Source: Rhodobiaceae bacterium
Lineage (GTDB): Bacteria; Pseudomonadota; Alphaproteobacteria; Rhizobiales; NORP267
NCBI GenBank assembly: GCA_020441905.1
Contig: JAGRLG010000024.1
Location: 17,308 to 81,307, forward strand
Direction: 5' to 3'
DNA length: 64,000 nucleotides
Shown here: in pieces, positions 9,922 through 21,204 of the stretch
Layout: each line of letters begins with the position of its first letter
Position numbering within the stretch: the stretch's first letter is position 1
Notes under the pieces: model-generated
What the model was told of the DNA's origin: nothing
Database searches by the model: none
Seen by the model: the letters and a program-made list of their open reading frames with translations, nothing else
Translations under genes and position numbers: made by a program

Positions 9922-10289
9922 TGGAAATTGCCCCTGATTTCAGTTGTGCCGCTTTGTTTCCGCTCCTACAGCACCCGGCAGCGCCCGGACAGGACCCAGA
10001 CTGCATCTTGAGTCTCCGGGCGTGCTGCCAAGTCTGCCGCGGAAGCGGGAATGCACCCGCCGCCCGCGGCAATGCCCTTGTCATTCCCCGTCTGCGCGCC
10101 TATAACCGCGCCGCTATAGAGCCGCCCGGCTTTTGATACGGGCCGGAGCGCCGCTTCATGCGGCGTTCCCTGGTTCCCGGTCACGGGCATGCCGTGGCGG
10201 CTCGCAATGCTCTTTGACGACGGATTTTCCGGGCGCGATCGCGCATCCGGCCCCTCGCCAGGAACACAATTTCGAAGGAGTAGAGCAAA

Positions 10290-10484
10290 ATGCCCAAGTT
10301 GAAAAGCAAGAGCGGCGCGAAAAAGCGGTTCAGCCTGACCGCCAGCGGCAAGGTACGGGCCAATCAGGCCAACAAGCAGCATGGCATGATCAAGCGCACC
10401 AACAAGCAGATTCGAAACCAGCGCGGCACCACCACCCTGTCGCCCCAGGACGCCAAGATCGTCAAGCAGTTCCTCAACGGCTGA
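10290..10484 (+). CDS. rpmI: 50S ribosomal protein L35
   Basis: [22 protein letters not shown]..., 64 aa, with GAAGGAG RBS upstream. Confidence 0.95.
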   Translation: MPKLKSKSGAKKRFSLTASGKVRANQANKQHGMIKRTNKQIRNQRGTTTLSPQDAKIVKQFLNG

Positions 10485-10544
10485 GGCAACTCGCGGCGCC
10501 GATTGGCACATTCTGACAGCTGAAAATTTCGATGGAGAACCGCA

Positions 10545-10901
10545 ATGTCACGCGTTAAACGGGGCGTCACCGCTCACGCCCGCCACAAGAAGATCCTCGC
10601 CAAGGCTTCCGGCTATTACGGCCGGCGCAAGAACACCATCCGCATCGCCAAGCAGGCGGTGGACAAGGCGGCGCAATATGCCTATCGCGACCGCCGCGTC
10701 CGCAAGCGCAATTTCCGCGCCCTGTGGATCCAGCGCATCAATGCCGCCGCGCGCCTGAACGGCCTCACCTATGGCCGATTTATCAACGGCCTCGGCAAGG
10801 CCGGCATCGAGATCGACCGCAAGGTTCTGTCCGATCTCGCGGTACATGAGCCGCAGGCGTTCAAGGCCCTGGTCGAAAAAGCCCAGGCCGCGCTCGGCTG
10901 A
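10545..10901 (+). CDS. rplT: 50S ribosomal protein L20
   Basis: [30 protein letters not shown]... is the canonical L20 sequence. Confidence 0.95.
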   Translation: MSRVKRGVTAHARHKKILAKASGYYGRRKNTIRIAKQAVDKAAQYAYRDRRVRKRNFRALWIQRINAAARLNGLTYGRFINGLGKAGIEIDRKVLSDLAVHEPQAFKALVEKAQAALG

Positions 10902-10943
10902 TCCGCAGTCTGCCCGCCTGACCGGGGCCCGGTGTCCTGAACC

Positions 10944-11082
10944 AGAAGTTCGTCGCATGGTGCGGCAGGCTCGGAACGAACTTCGGATTCAATAAGGACA
11001 CTAGCAACTATATGATTCTAGTGTGGTTCCGGATTTGAAGTTCGTTTGAGAACCTGCCGCAAATTATGGAACGAACTTCAAA
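10944..11082. repeat. Mosaic palindromic element in the rplT-pheS spacer (four copies of GAAGTTCG/CGAACTTC plus a central AT-rich hairpin)
   Basis: GAAGTTCGT 10945-10953 pairs with ACGAACTTC 10976-10984. TTTGAAGTTCGTT 11034-11046 pairs perfectly with AACGAACTTCAAA 11070-11082. The loops contain TGCGGCAGG and CCTGCCGCA, which are mutual reverse complements. The centre is CACTAG...CTAGTG. Confidence 0.7.
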
Positions 11083-11180
11083 CCCACCACACTGGCGGCG
11101 GCGCTGCATGCGCCGCCCGCCATTGCTTGCGTGGGCCGCTTTTCGTGAAGCGGCGGTAAGGGAACAATCGCGAGGCGGTC

Positions 11181-12263
11181 ATGCCCGATCTGGACGAACT
11201 GGAAGCTGAAACCCTCAGCGCCATCGAAACCGCCGGTGACGAGGCGGCGCTGGAGGCGGTGCGCGTCGCCGCCCTGGGCAAGAAGGGCGCCATCAGCGAC
11301 CTGATGAAGGGCCTCGGCGCCATGGGCGCCGACGAACGCAAGACCATGGGTCCGGCGCTCAACGGCCTCAAGGACCGGATCGGCGATGCCATCGCCGCCC
11401 GCCGCGAGGTGCTGCGCCGCGCCGCGCTGACCGCGCGCCTCGCCGCCGAGCGCGTCGACGTCACCTTGCCGGTGCGCCCCGGCCCGCTGGTCGAGGGCCG
11501 CATCCACCCGGTCAGCCAGGTCGTCGACGAGGTCACCGCGATCTGCGCCGATCTCGGCTTCTCGGTTGCCGAGGGGCCGGACATCGAAACCGACTTCTAC
11601 AACTTCACCGCCCTCAACATCCCGCCCGAGCACCCGGCGCGGCAGATGCACGACACCTTCTATTTCGGCGAGCAGGAGGACGGCTCGCGCTACCTCTTGC
11701 GCACTCACACCTCGCCGGTGCAGATCCGCACCATGCAGTCCGTCGAGCCGCCGATCCGCGTCGTCATACCGGGGCGCACCTATCGCTGCGACAGCGACCA
11801 GACCCATACCCCGATGTTCCATCAGCTCGAAGGGCTGGTGATCGACAAGCAAACCCATCTCGGGCACCTGAAATGGGTGTTGCAGGAATTCTGCCGCGCC
11901 TTTTTCGAGATCGACAACGTGCGCATGCGCTTCCGCCCCTCCCATTTTCCCTTCACCGAGCCGTCGATGGAGGTCGATATCGCCTGCAAGCGCGAAGGGG
12001 GCGAAGTGCGCCTCGGCGAGGGCGAGGACTGGCTCGAGATCCTGGGCTGCGGCATGGTCCACCCCAATGTACTGCGCCACTGCAATCTCGATCCCGACAT
12101 CTATCAGGGTTTTGCCTGGGGCATCGGCCTCGACCGCCTCGCCATGCTGAAATACGGCGCCCCGGACCTGCGCGCCTTTTTCGACGCCGATGCGCGCTGG
12201 ATCCGTCATTACGGCTTCCGCCCGCTGGACCTGCCGACCCTGTTCGGAGGCTTGAGCCGATGA
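11181..12263 (+). CDS. pheS: Phenylalanine--tRNA ligase alpha subunit
   Basis: Class II aaRS motifs ([36 protein letters not shown]) and typical length. Confidence 0.95.
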   Translation: MPDLDELEAETLSAIETAGDEAALEAVRVAALGKKGAISDLMKGLGAMGADERKTMGPALNGLKDRIGDAIAARREVLRRAALTARLAAERVDVTLPVRPGPLVEGRIHPVSQVVDEVTAICADLGFSVAEGPDIETDFYNFTALNIPPEHPARQMHDTFYFGEQEDGSRYLLRTHTSPVQIRTMQSVEPPIRVVIPGRTYRCDSDQTHTPMFHQLEGLVIDKQTHLGHLKWVLQEFCRAFFEIDNVRMRFRPSHFPFTEPSMEVDIACKREGGEVRLGEGEDWLEILGCGMVHPNVLRHCNLDPDIYQGFAWGIGLDRLAMLKYGAPDLRAFFDADARWIRHYGFRPLDLPTLFGGLSR

Positions 12264-14680
12264 AATTCACCCTGTCCTGGCTGAAAGAGCATCTCGACAC
12301 CAAGGCGGAGCTTGCCGAGATCGTCGAGACGCTGACCATGATCGGCCTCGAGGTCGAGCATGTCGACGATCCGGCGGAAAAATTCGCCCCCTTCGTCGTC
12401 GCCGACGTCAAGAGCGCCGAGCCCCACCCCAATGCCGACCGCCTGCGCGTCTGCATGGTCGATACCGGCTCGCAGGTCATGCAGGTGGTGTGCGGCGCCC
12501 CCAATGCCAGGGCCGGCCTGCGCGGCGTCTTCGCCCCCGCCGGCACCACCATTCCCGGCACCGGCATGGTGCTGACCCCGGCCACCATTCGCGGCGTCGC
12601 CTCCAACGGCATGCTGTGCTCGGAGCGCGAACTCGGCCTGTCGGACGAACATAGCGGCATCATCGAGCTTGAGACCGATGCCGCCGCCGGCACGCCATTT
12701 GCGTCGCTGATGGGCCTCGACGACCCGGTGATCGAGATCGCCATCACCCCCAACCGCCCCGACTGCCTCGGCGTTTCCGGCATCGCCCGCGATCTTGCCG
12801 CCGCCGGCATCGGCACCTACCGGGACGTCGCGGTCAAGCAGGTCGCGGGGGAATTTCCCTGCCCCACCGGCGTCACCCTCGATTTTTCCGGCGGCGACAG
12901 CCTGTGCCCGGCCTTCGCCCTGCGCCTGGTGCGCGGGCTGAAGAACGGCCCGAGCCCCGACTGGATGCAGGCCCGCCTGCGCGCCATCGGCTTGCGCCCC
13001 ATCAGCGCCCTGGTCGATATCACCAATTACGTCACCTATGACCGCGGCCGCCCGCTCCATGTCTTCGACGCTGCCAAGGTCAAGGGCGACCTCACCGTGC
13101 GCCGCGCGCGCAATGGCGAGCAGCTGCTGGCTCTCGACGGGCGCACCTATGCTCTCGATCCTTCGATCTGCGTCATCGCCGACGAGAAAGGTGTCGAGTC
13201 GCTGGCCGGCGTCATGGGCGGCGAGGAAAGCGGCTGCTCGGAGGATACCGTCGACGTTCTCATCGAATCGGCGCTCTGGGTGCCGGCCAATATCGCCGAG
13301 ACCGGGCGCCGCCTCGGCCTGCAATCGGACGCGCGCTACCGCTTCGAGCGCGGCATCGACCCCGCCTTCACCCTGCCCGGCCTGGACCTTGCCACCAATC
13401 TGGTGCTCGAGATCTGCGGCGGCAGCGCCAGCGAGGTCGTGCTGGCCGGGGAAATCCCCGACGCCGAGCGCCTCGTCAGCTTCGATACCGCGCAGGTCGC
13501 CCGCCTTTCCGGCCTCAAGCTGTCGGACACCGAAATCAAGGTCGTGCTCAAGGGGCTTGGCTTCTGGATGGTGGGCCAAGGCGGCGGCGAGCCCTACAAG
13601 GTCGCGGTGCCGAGCTGGCGCCCGGATATCGGCGGCGCCGCCGACCTGGTCGAGGAAGTGGTGCGCATCGAGGGGTTGGACCGCGTGCCGGCGACGCCGA
13701 TGAGCCGCCCCGATGCCGTGGCCCGGCCCATTCTCACCGCCGGCCAGACCCGGCGCCACCGCGCCCGCCGCGCCCTGGCCGGGCGCGGCATGCTGGAGGC
13801 CATCACCTGGTCCTTCGTCTCCGGCGCCCAGGCCGGGGCCTTTGGCGGCGGCGACGAAAAACTCAAGCTCGCCAATCCGATCTCCGCCGACCTGTCCGAC
13901 ATGCGCCCCAGCCTGTTGCCAGGCCTGATTTCCGCCGCCCAGCGCAACGCCGATCGCGGCCTCGGCGATGTCGCCCTGTTCGAGGTCGGCCCGGCCTTTT
14001 TCGGCGCCGCCCCCGGCGAGCAGCAGGCGGTGGCCGGCGGCGTGCGCAGCGCCAGCGCCCATATGGCCGGCGCCGGGCGCCACTGGTCGCACGCCCATGC
14101 CCCCGTTGACGCCTTTGCCGCCAAGGCCGACGCCCTGGCCGCCCTGGCCGAGGCCGGCGCCCCGGTCGACAGCCTCCAGGTCTTCGACAATGCGCCGGAC
14201 TGGTACCATCCCGGCCGCTCCGGTTCGCTGCAACTGGGGCCGAAGATGGTGCTCGCCCATTTCGGCGAAATCCACCCCCTGGCGCTGGAGGCCCTCGATG
14301 CCGAAGGTCCGATGGTCGGCTTCGAAGTCTTTCTCGACGCCATCCCGGCCCAGCGCGCCGCCAGCGCCAAAAGCCGCCCGGCGCTGGAGATCTCCGGCCT
14401 TCAGCCGGTGCGCCGCGATTTCGCCTTCCTCCTCGACGACGCGGTCAAGGCCGCCGACGTCATCCGCGCCGCGCGCGGCGCCGACAAGGCGATGATCGCC
14501 GAAGTCAGCGTTTTCGACCTCTTCGCCGGCAAGGCGCTGGGCGAGGGCAAGAAATCGCTGGCCATCGAGGTCACGCTTCAGCCGCGCGAGAAAACCCTGA
14601 CCGACGAGGAAATCGACGCCGTGGCCAAGAGAATCGTGGCGGCGGTGGAAAAGGCGACCGGCGGCAGTCTGCGCGGCTAG
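12260..14680 (+). CDS. pheT: Phenylalanine--tRNA ligase beta subunit
   Basis: Start ATG 12260 ([14 protein letters not shown]) overlaps the pheS stop (ATGA). tRNA-binding, B3/4, B5 and FDX-ACB regions are recognisable. Confidence 0.95.
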   Translation: MKFTLSWLKEHLDTKAELAEIVETLTMIGLEVEHVDDPAEKFAPFVVADVKSAEPHPNADRLRVCMVDTGSQVMQVVCGAPNARAGLRGVFAPAGTTIPGTGMVLTPATIRGVASNGMLCSERELGLSDEHSGIIELETDAAAGTPFASLMGLDDPVIEIAITPNRPDCLGVSGIARDLAAAGIGTYRDVAVKQVAGEFPCPTGVTLDFSGGDSLCPAFALRLVRGLKNGPSPDWMQARLRAIGLRPISALVDITNYVTYDRGRPLHVFDAAKVKGDLTVRRARNGEQLLALDGRTYALDPSICVIADEKGVESLAGVMGGEESGCSEDTVDVLIESALWVPANIAETGRRLGLQSDARYRFERGIDPAFTLPGLDLATNLVLEICGGSASEVVLAGEIPDAERLVSFDTAQVARLSGLKLSDTEIKVVLKGLGFWMVGQGGGEPYKVAVPSWRPDIGGAADLVEEVVRIEGLDRVPATPMSRPDAVARPILTAGQTRRHRARRALAGRGMLEAITWSFVSGAQAGAFGGGDEKLKLANPISADLSDMRPSLLPGLISAAQRNADRGLGDVALFEVGPAFFGAAPGEQQAVAGGVRSASAHMAGAGRHWSHAHAPVDAFAAKADALAALAEAGAPVDSLQVFDNAPDWYHPGRSGSLQLGPKMVLAHFGEIHPLALEALDAEGPMVGFEVFLDAIPAQRAASAKSRPALEISGLQPVRRDFAFLLDDAVKAADVIRAARGADKAMIAEVSVFDLFAGKALGEGKKSLAIEVTLQPREKTLTDEEIDAVAKRIVAAVEKATGGSLRG

Positions 14681-14687
14681 GCCGCGT

Positions 14688-15683
14688 TCAGTACCACAGC
14701 CCGCTTCCCGGCAGCCGGTAGCGCGGGCCGGGAATGATCGGCACCGGGCCATGGGGATGCACCGCGCCGTCGCCGCCGAATTCGCCCGCGACATCGCCCG
14801 CCCCGGCCAGCGCCTCGAGCCGGCGCACCCGTTCCGATGTTTTGGGATGGGAGCGCAGCACCGAGGGCTGGGGCACCCGCCCGCCGGGCAGCACCATCTC
14901 CCATTGCCGGCCCTGGCTCTTTTCCAGCTTTCGCAGCGCCGAGGCCAGGCCCGCCGGATCCCCGGTCAGCGCCGCGGCATCGAGATCGGCGTCATATTCG
15001 CGCGCCCGCGACAACGCCAGTTGCAGCAGCGCGCCAATGGTTGGCGCCGCCCATAACAGGCCGATTCCGGCCCAGGGCACGGTGGCGCCCCCGGCAATGA
15101 GCGCCGGCAGGTTGAAGGCCAGCAGCACCAGGCCGATGGTCGACATCGTCGCCGTCATCCGGCTCACCATGTCGGCCAGCGCCATCACTTTCAGATCCTC
15201 GTTGCGGATATGGCTCATCTCATGGGCCAGTACGCCGGCGAACTGGCGCGGGGTGAGGCCGCGCATCAGGGCGTCGGTGACCGCGATCGCCGCGTTGTCG
15301 CGCCGGCCCACGGCGAAGGCATTCATCAGCTTGGAGGGCACGTAATAGAGATCCGGTACGGCGGAAAGGTCCGCCCGCGCCGCCAAATGGCGCAGGATGC
15401 GGTAGCCATGGGGAAATTCGTCTTCCGCCATCGGCCGCGCCTTGAACATCCGCAACACCAGGTCCGGCGACAGCCGCGCGCTCATCCACAAGGACGAAGC
15501 GCCCAGCGCAGCGGCCCAAACGATGCCCGGCCATCCGGCAAAGACGTAGGCACAGGCCGCCAGCAGCAGGACGCTGCCGCCCGCCAGCAGCAGCGTATGG
15601 GCACGATTGCGCCATTTGTGGCTGGCCCGCAGCGCCAGCCCCGCCTGTGCCGATCCCCTGGGTGTCAGTGCCATCATCGCCAT
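14688..15683 (-). CDS. M48-family zinc metalloprotease (HtpX-like)
   Basis: HEMSH zinc motif, EYDAD downstream glutamate region and several TM segments. Confidence 0.8.
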   Translation of the reverse strand: MAMMALTPRGSAQAGLALRASHKWRNRAHTLLLAGGSVLLLAACAYVFAGWPGIVWAAALGASSLWMSARLSPDLVLRMFKARPMAEDEFPHGYRILRHLAARADLSAVPDLYYVPSKLMNAFAVGRRDNAAIAVTDALMRGLTPRQFAGVLAHEMSHIRNEDLKVMALADMVSRMTATMSTIGLVLLAFNLPALIAGGATVPWAGIGLLWAAPTIGALLQLALSRAREYDADLDAAALTGDPAGLASALRKLEKSQGRQWEMVLPGGRVPQPSVLRSHPKTSERVRRLEALAGAGDVAGEFGGDGAVHPHGPVPIIPGPRYRLPGSGLWY

Positions 15684-15766
15684 GATATAGGGGTTTGCTC
15701 AATCGATTTCACGCCGCCTTTGGGGCGGCGCCGGATCACAAGACAGCGGATGGGGGCCGCCCAAGG

Positions 15767-16561
15767 ATGCGCTTGCTGGACGCCATTCTCGACCGCATCG
15801 GCCTGTTCGTCGCCCGCGTCATCCAGAAGGAAACCTCCGGCTACCAGCCCTTCACCCCGTCCGATCCGGAAACCCTGAAACGCTGTCTGCAACCCGGCGA
15901 CGTGCTGCTCGTCGAGGGCAACCAGAAACTTTCGGCGGCGATCAAATATCTCACTCAGTCGACATGGTCCCACGCCGCGCTCTATGTCGGCGACGCCTGC
16001 GCCGCGCCGCAGGCAGACGGCGAGCGGCCCTGCCTCGTCGAGGCCATTCTGGGCGCGGGCGTCATCGCCGTGCCGCTGTCGAAATACCGGACCTACAATA
16101 CCCGCATCTGCCGCCCTGTCGGCCTGACCGGGGAGGACCGCGAGGCGGTCATCGCCTTTGCCCTCTCCCGCCTCGGGCAGAAATACGACACCCGCAATAT
16201 CTTCGATCTCGCCCGCTATCTTTTCCCCACGCCGCCGGTGCCGACGCGCTGGCGGAGGCGCTTGATCGCACTGGGATCCGGCGAGCCGACCCGGACCATC
16301 TGCTCGACGCTGATCGCCCAGGCATTCCAGTCGGTGCGCTACCCCATCCTGCCGCTGGTTTCCCAGCCCGGCGACCCGCACCCGCGCGTCGGCTCGCGCT
16401 ACAGCACCCGCGAGATTCTCCATATCCGCCACTATTCGCTGTTCGCGCCGCGCGATTTCGATGTTTCGCCTTTTTTCGCCATCGTCAAGCCGACCATCGA
16501 GGGCGGCTTCGACTACAAGGCGTTGAACTGGGGCGAGGCGGACGAGAGCGGTTCTTCCTGA
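15767..16561 (+). CDS. Permuted papain-like (YiiX/NlpC-P60-type) hydrolase family protein
   Basis: PGDVLLVEG...STWSHAALYVG (His) precedes TRTICSTLIAQAF (Cys), which is the permuted catalytic order. Start is uncertain: ATG 15767 or the listed 15695. Confidence 0.6.
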   Translation: MRLLDAILDRIGLFVARVIQKETSGYQPFTPSDPETLKRCLQPGDVLLVEGNQKLSAAIKYLTQSTWSHAALYVGDACAAPQADGERPCLVEAILGAGVIAVPLSKYRTYNTRICRPVGLTGEDREAVIAFALSRLGQKYDTRNIFDLARYLFPTPPVPTRWRRRLIALGSGEPTRTICSTLIAQAFQSVRYPILPLVSQPGDPHPRVGSRYSTREILHIRHYSLFAPRDFDVSPFFAIVKPTIEGGFDYKALNWGEADESGSS

Positions 16562-16696
16562 TGGCCTGCGGACCACCGGCCCTCCCCTGTTGAAAACGGG
16601 GCCATTGGCGGCGCGGCGGGCGTAATCTCCGGCGTCTGACGCCAGCGCGATAATCCTGCTTTCCGGCGCGCCATGGCAATGCTATCTAGCGCGGCA

Positions 16697-18496
16697 ATGA
16701 CCGACCTTTCCCACATCCGCAACTTCGCCATCATCGCCCATATCGACCATGGCAAGTCGACGCTCGCCGACCGCCTGATCCAGATGACCGGCGGGCTGAC
16801 CGACCGCGAGATGAAGGAGCAGGTGCTCGATTCGATGGATATCGAGCGCGAACGCGGCATCACCATCAAGGCCCAGACGGTGCGCCTCAACTACACCGCC
16901 AGGGACGGCGAAACCTACGAGCTCAATCTCATCGACACCCCCGGCCATGTCGATTTCACCTATGAGGTGTCGCGCTCCCTGGCCGCCTGCGAGGGCTCGC
17001 TGCTGGTGGTCGATGCCAGCCAGGGCGTCGAGGCCCAGACCCTGGCCAATGTCTATCAGGCGCTCGACAACGACCACGAGATCGTGCCGGTGCTCAACAA
17101 GGTCGACCTGCCCGCCGCCGAGCCGGAGCGCATCCGCCAGCAGATCGAGGACGTCATCGGCCTCGACGCCTCCAACGCGGTGCCGATCTCGGCCAAGACC
17201 GGCCTTGGCGTCGCCGACGTGCTGGAGGCCATCGTCACCCGCCTGCCCGCGCCCAAGGGCGAGCCGGCGGCGCCCTTGAAGGCGCTGCTGGTCGATTCCT
17301 GGTACGATTCCTATCTCGGCGTCATCGTGCTGGTGCGCATCATCGACGGCACGCTGAAAAAGGGCATGCGCGTGCGCATGCTCGGCACCAATGCCATATA
17401 CGATGTCGACCGCGTCGGCGTCTTCACCCCCAAGCTGGTGGCCACCGACATCCTCGGCCCCGGCGAGATCGGCTTTCTCACCGCCTCGATCAAGGAGGTT
17501 GCCGACACCCGCGTCGGCGACACCATCACCGAGGACAAGCGGCGCTGCGAAAAGCCGCTGGCCGGTTTCCGCCCGGCCCAGCCGGTGGTGTTCTGCGGCT
17601 TGTTCCCGGTCGATGCCGCCGATTTCGAGGACCTGCGCGCCGCCGTCGGCAAGCTGCGCCTCAACGACGCCAGCTTCTCCTTCGAGATGGAAACCTCGGC
17701 GGCGCTGGGCTTTGGCTTCCGCTGCGGATTTCTGGGGCTCCTGCATCTGGAAATCATCCAGGAGCGCCTGGAGCGCGAATTCGATCTCGATCTCATCGCC
17801 ACCGCGCCCTCGGTGGTCTACCAGATCACCCTGACGGGGGGCAAAGAGATCGAGCTGCACAACCCGGCCGACATGCCCGATGTGATGAAGATCGCCGAGA
17901 TCCGCGAGCCGTGGATCCGCGCCACCATCCTCACCCCCGACGAGCATCTCGGCGCCATTTTGAAACTGTGCCAGGACCGGCGCGGCATCCAGACCGACCT
18001 GACCTATGCCGGCAACCGCGCCCTGGTGTCCTATGACCTGCCGCTCAACGAGGTGGTGTTCGACTTCTATGACCGCCTCAAATCGGTCACCAAGGGCTAT
18101 GCCTCCTTCGACTACCACATCACCGGCTACAAGGCGTCGGACCTCGTCAAGATGCAGGTGCTGGTCAATGCCGAGCCGGTCGATGCTCTTGCCATGCTGG
18201 TCCATCGCAGCCAGGCCGAGGCGCGCGGCCGCGTCATGTGCGAGAAGCTCAAGGATCTCATTCCCCGCCATATGTTCAAGATTCCGGTGCAGGCGGCGAT
18301 CGGCGGCAAGGTCATCGCCCGCGAGACCATCGCCGCCCTGCGCAAGGATGTCACCGCCAAGTGCTATGGCGGCGACGTCACCCGCAAGCGCAAGCTGCTC
18401 GACAAGCAGAAGGCGGGCAAGAAGCGCATGCGCCAGTTCGGCAAGGTGGAGATCCCGCAGGAAGCCTTTATCGCCGCGCTCAAGATGGACAGCTGA
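16697..18496 (+). CDS. lepA: Elongation factor 4
   Basis: [37 protein letters not shown] and NKVD G-motifs, plus the LepA C-terminal domain. About 599 aa. Confidence 0.95.
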   Translation: MTDLSHIRNFAIIAHIDHGKSTLADRLIQMTGGLTDREMKEQVLDSMDIERERGITIKAQTVRLNYTARDGETYELNLIDTPGHVDFTYEVSRSLAACEGSLLVVDASQGVEAQTLANVYQALDNDHEIVPVLNKVDLPAAEPERIRQQIEDVIGLDASNAVPISAKTGLGVADVLEAIVTRLPAPKGEPAAPLKALLVDSWYDSYLGVIVLVRIIDGTLKKGMRVRMLGTNAIYDVDRVGVFTPKLVATDILGPGEIGFLTASIKEVADTRVGDTITEDKRRCEKPLAGFRPAQPVVFCGLFPVDAADFEDLRAAVGKLRLNDASFSFEMETSAALGFGFRCGFLGLLHLEIIQERLEREFDLDLIATAPSVVYQITLTGGKEIELHNPADMPDVMKIAEIREPWIRATILTPDEHLGAILKLCQDRRGIQTDLTYAGNRALVSYDLPLNEVVFDFYDRLKSVTKGYASFDYHITGYKASDLVKMQVLVNAEPVDALAMLVHRSQAEARGRVMCEKLKDLIPRHMFKIPVQAAIGGKVIARETIAALRKDVTAKCYGGDVTRKRKLLDKQKAGKKRMRQFGKVEIPQEAFIAALKMDS

Positions 18497-18546
18497 TACG
18501 ACGCGGGGCAACATGGCGGGCAGTTTGGCCAGGAGAACCGGAACCC

Positions 18547-19446
18547 ATGATGCCGACCCGTCTCGCCGCGCCGCTTGCGGCTCTCCTCATTGCCCTTGCC
18601 GCCACGCCCCCCGCTCCGGCGGCGGCCGAAGACGCCAGGCCGGCCAAGGAGCTATTCGGCCATGTATCGGGCGCCGCTGACCTGCCTCCCAATCCCTACG
18701 GCTTCTATACCCGGGGCTGCCTTTCCGGGGCGCTGGAACTGCCCGCCGACGGCCCCTATCACCAGGTCATGCGCCCCAGCCGCAACCGCGCCTGGGGCCA
18801 CCCCCAGCTGATCGACTATCTGGAGAAGCTGACCGAGCGGGCGGCCCGGGCCACCGGCTGGCCGGGGCTGCTGATCGGCGATCTCGCCCAGCCGCGCGGC
18901 GGCCCCATGCTGACCGGCCATGCCAGCCACCAGGTCGGCCTCGACGCCGACATCTGGCTGATGCCGGCGCCGCCGCGCAAGTTGAGCGTGGCCGAGCGCG
19001 AGAGCATTTCGGCCGCCTCGATGATCGGCGCCAAGGAGGAAGTTCCCAAGGGTAACTGGAAGGTCGATCCGACGATCTGGAGCGGCGGCCAGGTCGAGCT
19101 GATCAAGGCCGCGGCCAGCGATCCCCGCGTCGCCCGCATCTTTGTCCATCCGGCGATCAAGAAGGCGCTGTGCGAGGCGGCCGGAGGCGACCGCGGCTGG
19201 CTCAGCCGGGTGCGCCCCTGGTATGGCCATCACTACCATATGCATGTCCGTCTCAACTGCCCCAAGGGCGCGGTGGGCTGCAAGAACCAGGACGGCCCGC
19301 CGGCCGGTGACGGCTGCGGCTCGGCGCTCGATTACTGGTTTTCCAAGGCCCCCTACGCGCCGCCGAAAAAACCGGCCAAGCCGCGCCCTCCGATGACCAT
19401 GGCCAGCCTGCCGGCGGCCTGCAAACAGGTGCTGGAAGCAAAATAG
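18547..19446 (+). CDS. mepA: Penicillin-insensitive murein endopeptidase
   Basis: Signal peptide MMPTRLAAPLAALLIALAA. GHASHQVGLDADIW and HHYHMHVRL metal motifs are characteristic of MepA. Confidence 0.85.
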   Translation: MMPTRLAAPLAALLIALAATPPAPAAAEDARPAKELFGHVSGAADLPPNPYGFYTRGCLSGALELPADGPYHQVMRPSRNRAWGHPQLIDYLEKLTERAARATGWPGLLIGDLAQPRGGPMLTGHASHQVGLDADIWLMPAPPRKLSVAERESISAASMIGAKEEVPKGNWKVDPTIWSGGQVELIKAAASDPRVARIFVHPAIKKALCEAAGGDRGWLSRVRPWYGHHYHMHVRLNCPKGAVGCKNQDGPPAGDGCGSALDYWFSKAPYAPPKKPAKPRPPMTMASLPAACKQVLEAK

Positions 19447-19477
19447 GCGCGAGCCCGGCGGGGCAAGGCGGTATCGA

Positions 19478-20143
19478 TCAGCCGGCGCAGTCCTTGCGGT
19501 CCGCGGGCCCCATCGGGCAATGAACCCCGGTGCCGCCAAGACCGCAATAGCCGCCCGGATTCTTGGCCAGATATTGCTGGTGATAGCCTTCGGCGAAATA
19601 GAACGGCCCGGCCTTTTCGATTTCGGTGGTCACCGGTCCGTAGCCGGCGGCGCGCAGACGGTCGTTGAAAAGCGCCCTTGTTTCCTCCGCCGCCGCGCGC
19701 TGGGCCTCGTCGCTGGCATAGATGCCGGAGCGGTACTGGGTGCCGATATCGGCGCCCTGGCGCATGCCCTGGGTCGGGTCGTGGTTCTCCCAGAAGATCT
19801 TCAGCAATTCGCGATAGCCGATCCGCTTGGGATCGAATATCACGAGCACCGCCTCGGTATGGCCGGTATTGCCGCTGCACACTTCCTGATAGGTCGGGTT
19901 TGGCGTCAAGCCGGCGCAATAGCCCACAGCCGTGACATGGACACCCGGCAACAGCCAGAACAGTCGCTCCGCGCCCCAGAAACAGCCCATGGCGAATAGC
20001 GCCCGCTCATGGCCGGGCGGATAGGGGCCCTTGAGCGGCGTGCCGCTGACAAAGTGATTGATGTCGGTTTCGATCGGGTTTCCCCGCCCCGGCAGAGCGG
20101 TTTCGGCGGTGGGCATGCGCGGCGTTCTGGTGAACAAGGACAT
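19478..20143 (-). CDS. msrA: Peptide-methionine (S)-S-oxide reductase
   Basis: [11 protein letters not shown] active-site motif and typical MsrA body. Confidence 0.9.
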   Translation of the reverse strand: MSLFTRTPRMPTAETALPGRGNPIETDINHFVSGTPLKGPYPPGHERALFAMGCFWGAERLFWLLPGVHVTAVGYCAGLTPNPTYQEVCSGNTGHTEAVLVIFDPKRIGYRELLKIFWENHDPTQGMRQGADIGTQYRSGIYASDEAQRAAAEETRALFNDRLRAAGYGPVTTEIEKAGPFYFAEGYHQQYLAKNPGGYCGLGGTGVHCPMGPADRKDCAG

Positions 20144-20361
20144 TGAACCTCCCGGGTCGGTTTCCCTCGAACGCCGACATTTGATTCGCGATCATATCGG
20201 CAATTTCCGTAACGGCAACCAAGGCATTGCGCCCGGACTGCCTGCCGCGGCGGGTTTGCGCCTGTCGGCGGTCGGCGCGGCTTCGACTCTTTACAGGCCA
20301 CCTTGCGGCCACGATACTGCGCAGCCATTTTTTTGACCCTCGGCGCTTCAGGCAAATCACA

Positions 20362-21144
20362 ATGAAGACAACTGACTTCGGCGCACCGGCTGGTGACGGC
20401 GGATGCGCCGCCCCCGATCTGGTCATGGGCGGGCGCATGGTCGCCCTTGTCCTGGGGTTGTGCGCCGCCGCCCTTCTCGTGCTTGGTCTTTATCCTGAAC
20501 TCGACCTGCGCCTTGCCGGCGGCGGTTTTCGCCCGGCTCCAGACGGCTTCACCTATCTGCGCCTCGATCCGGCCGTCTCGCTGGCCCGCAAGGTCAGCAA
20601 TTACCTTCCCGGCCTGGCCTTCGCGCTGCTCTGCCTGCTGGCCTTGATACGGCGATTTTCGTCCCGTTTGCGGGCCGCCTTTGAGGCCCGGGATATCGCC
20701 TTCGCCCTGCTCGTATTTGCCCTTGGGCCGGGGCTGGCGGTCAATTTCGTCCTCAAGAGCCTGTCGGGCCGCCCGCGCCCGGTCCACATCACCGACTATC
20801 TCGGCAGTGCCGTCTTTCGCCCGTTCTGGGATTTTTCCGGCAGTTGCATCACCAACTGCTCCTTTTCCTCCGGCGAGGCCGCGGCGGCCACGGCGATGAT
20901 CGCCTTCCTGCCCCTGGTCGGCGCTCGCTGGCGCGTCCTTGCCGCCGTCCTGGTCGCCGCCTTCATTCCGATCGTCTCGTTCCTGCGCATCTATATCGGC
21001 GCCCACTTTCCCTCCGATGTCATCTTTTCCATTGCCGTCACCCTCCTTGTCATCTGGGGGTTGCGGGCGGCGCTCTATACCCGCGCCCCGCGCTGGGCGG
21101 ACGCGCGGGCATTCGAGCGCTGGTTCAACTGGCCGCTGGCGTAA
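20362..21144 (+). CDS. PAP2-family membrane phosphatase, paralog 1
   Basis: KSLSGRPRP (K-x6-RP), SFSSGEAA (variant of PSGH) and RIYIGAHFPSD (R-x5-H-x3-D), with multiple TM segments. Start is uncertain. Confidence 0.75.
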   Translation: MKTTDFGAPAGDGGCAAPDLVMGGRMVALVLGLCAAALLVLGLYPELDLRLAGGGFRPAPDGFTYLRLDPAVSLARKVSNYLPGLAFALLCLLALIRRFSSRLRAAFEARDIAFALLVFALGPGLAVNFVLKSLSGRPRPVHITDYLGSAVFRPFWDFSGSCITNCSFSSGEAAAATAMIAFLPLVGARWRVLAAVLVAAFIPIVSFLRIYIGAHFPSDVIFSIAVTLLVIWGLRAALYTRAPRWADARAFERWFNWPLA

Positions 21145-21204
21145 AGCGCGCCGCATCCGGTTCGCCGCTTGCGCGAGCCATCCCTTTGGCTGTAAGTCCG
21201 GCCC

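Noticed and set aside
10955-11046. Leader-peptide attenuator for pheST (small ORFs MVRQARNELRIQ and MILVWFRI)
   Set aside because: Neither ORF is Phe-rich and neither has a good RBS. The 3:4 hairpin is not followed by a U-tract. I kept it only as an alternative explanation in the palindromic-element finding.
12209-14794. 861-aa ORF on the minus strand
   Set aside because: It is antisense to pheT, whose + frame has unmistakable PheT sequence. The minus-frame product is a G/A/R/D-rich low-complexity shadow ORF, typical of high-GC DNA.
16682-18514. 610-aa ORF on the minus strand
   Set aside because: It is antisense shadow of lepA, with no recognisable motifs.
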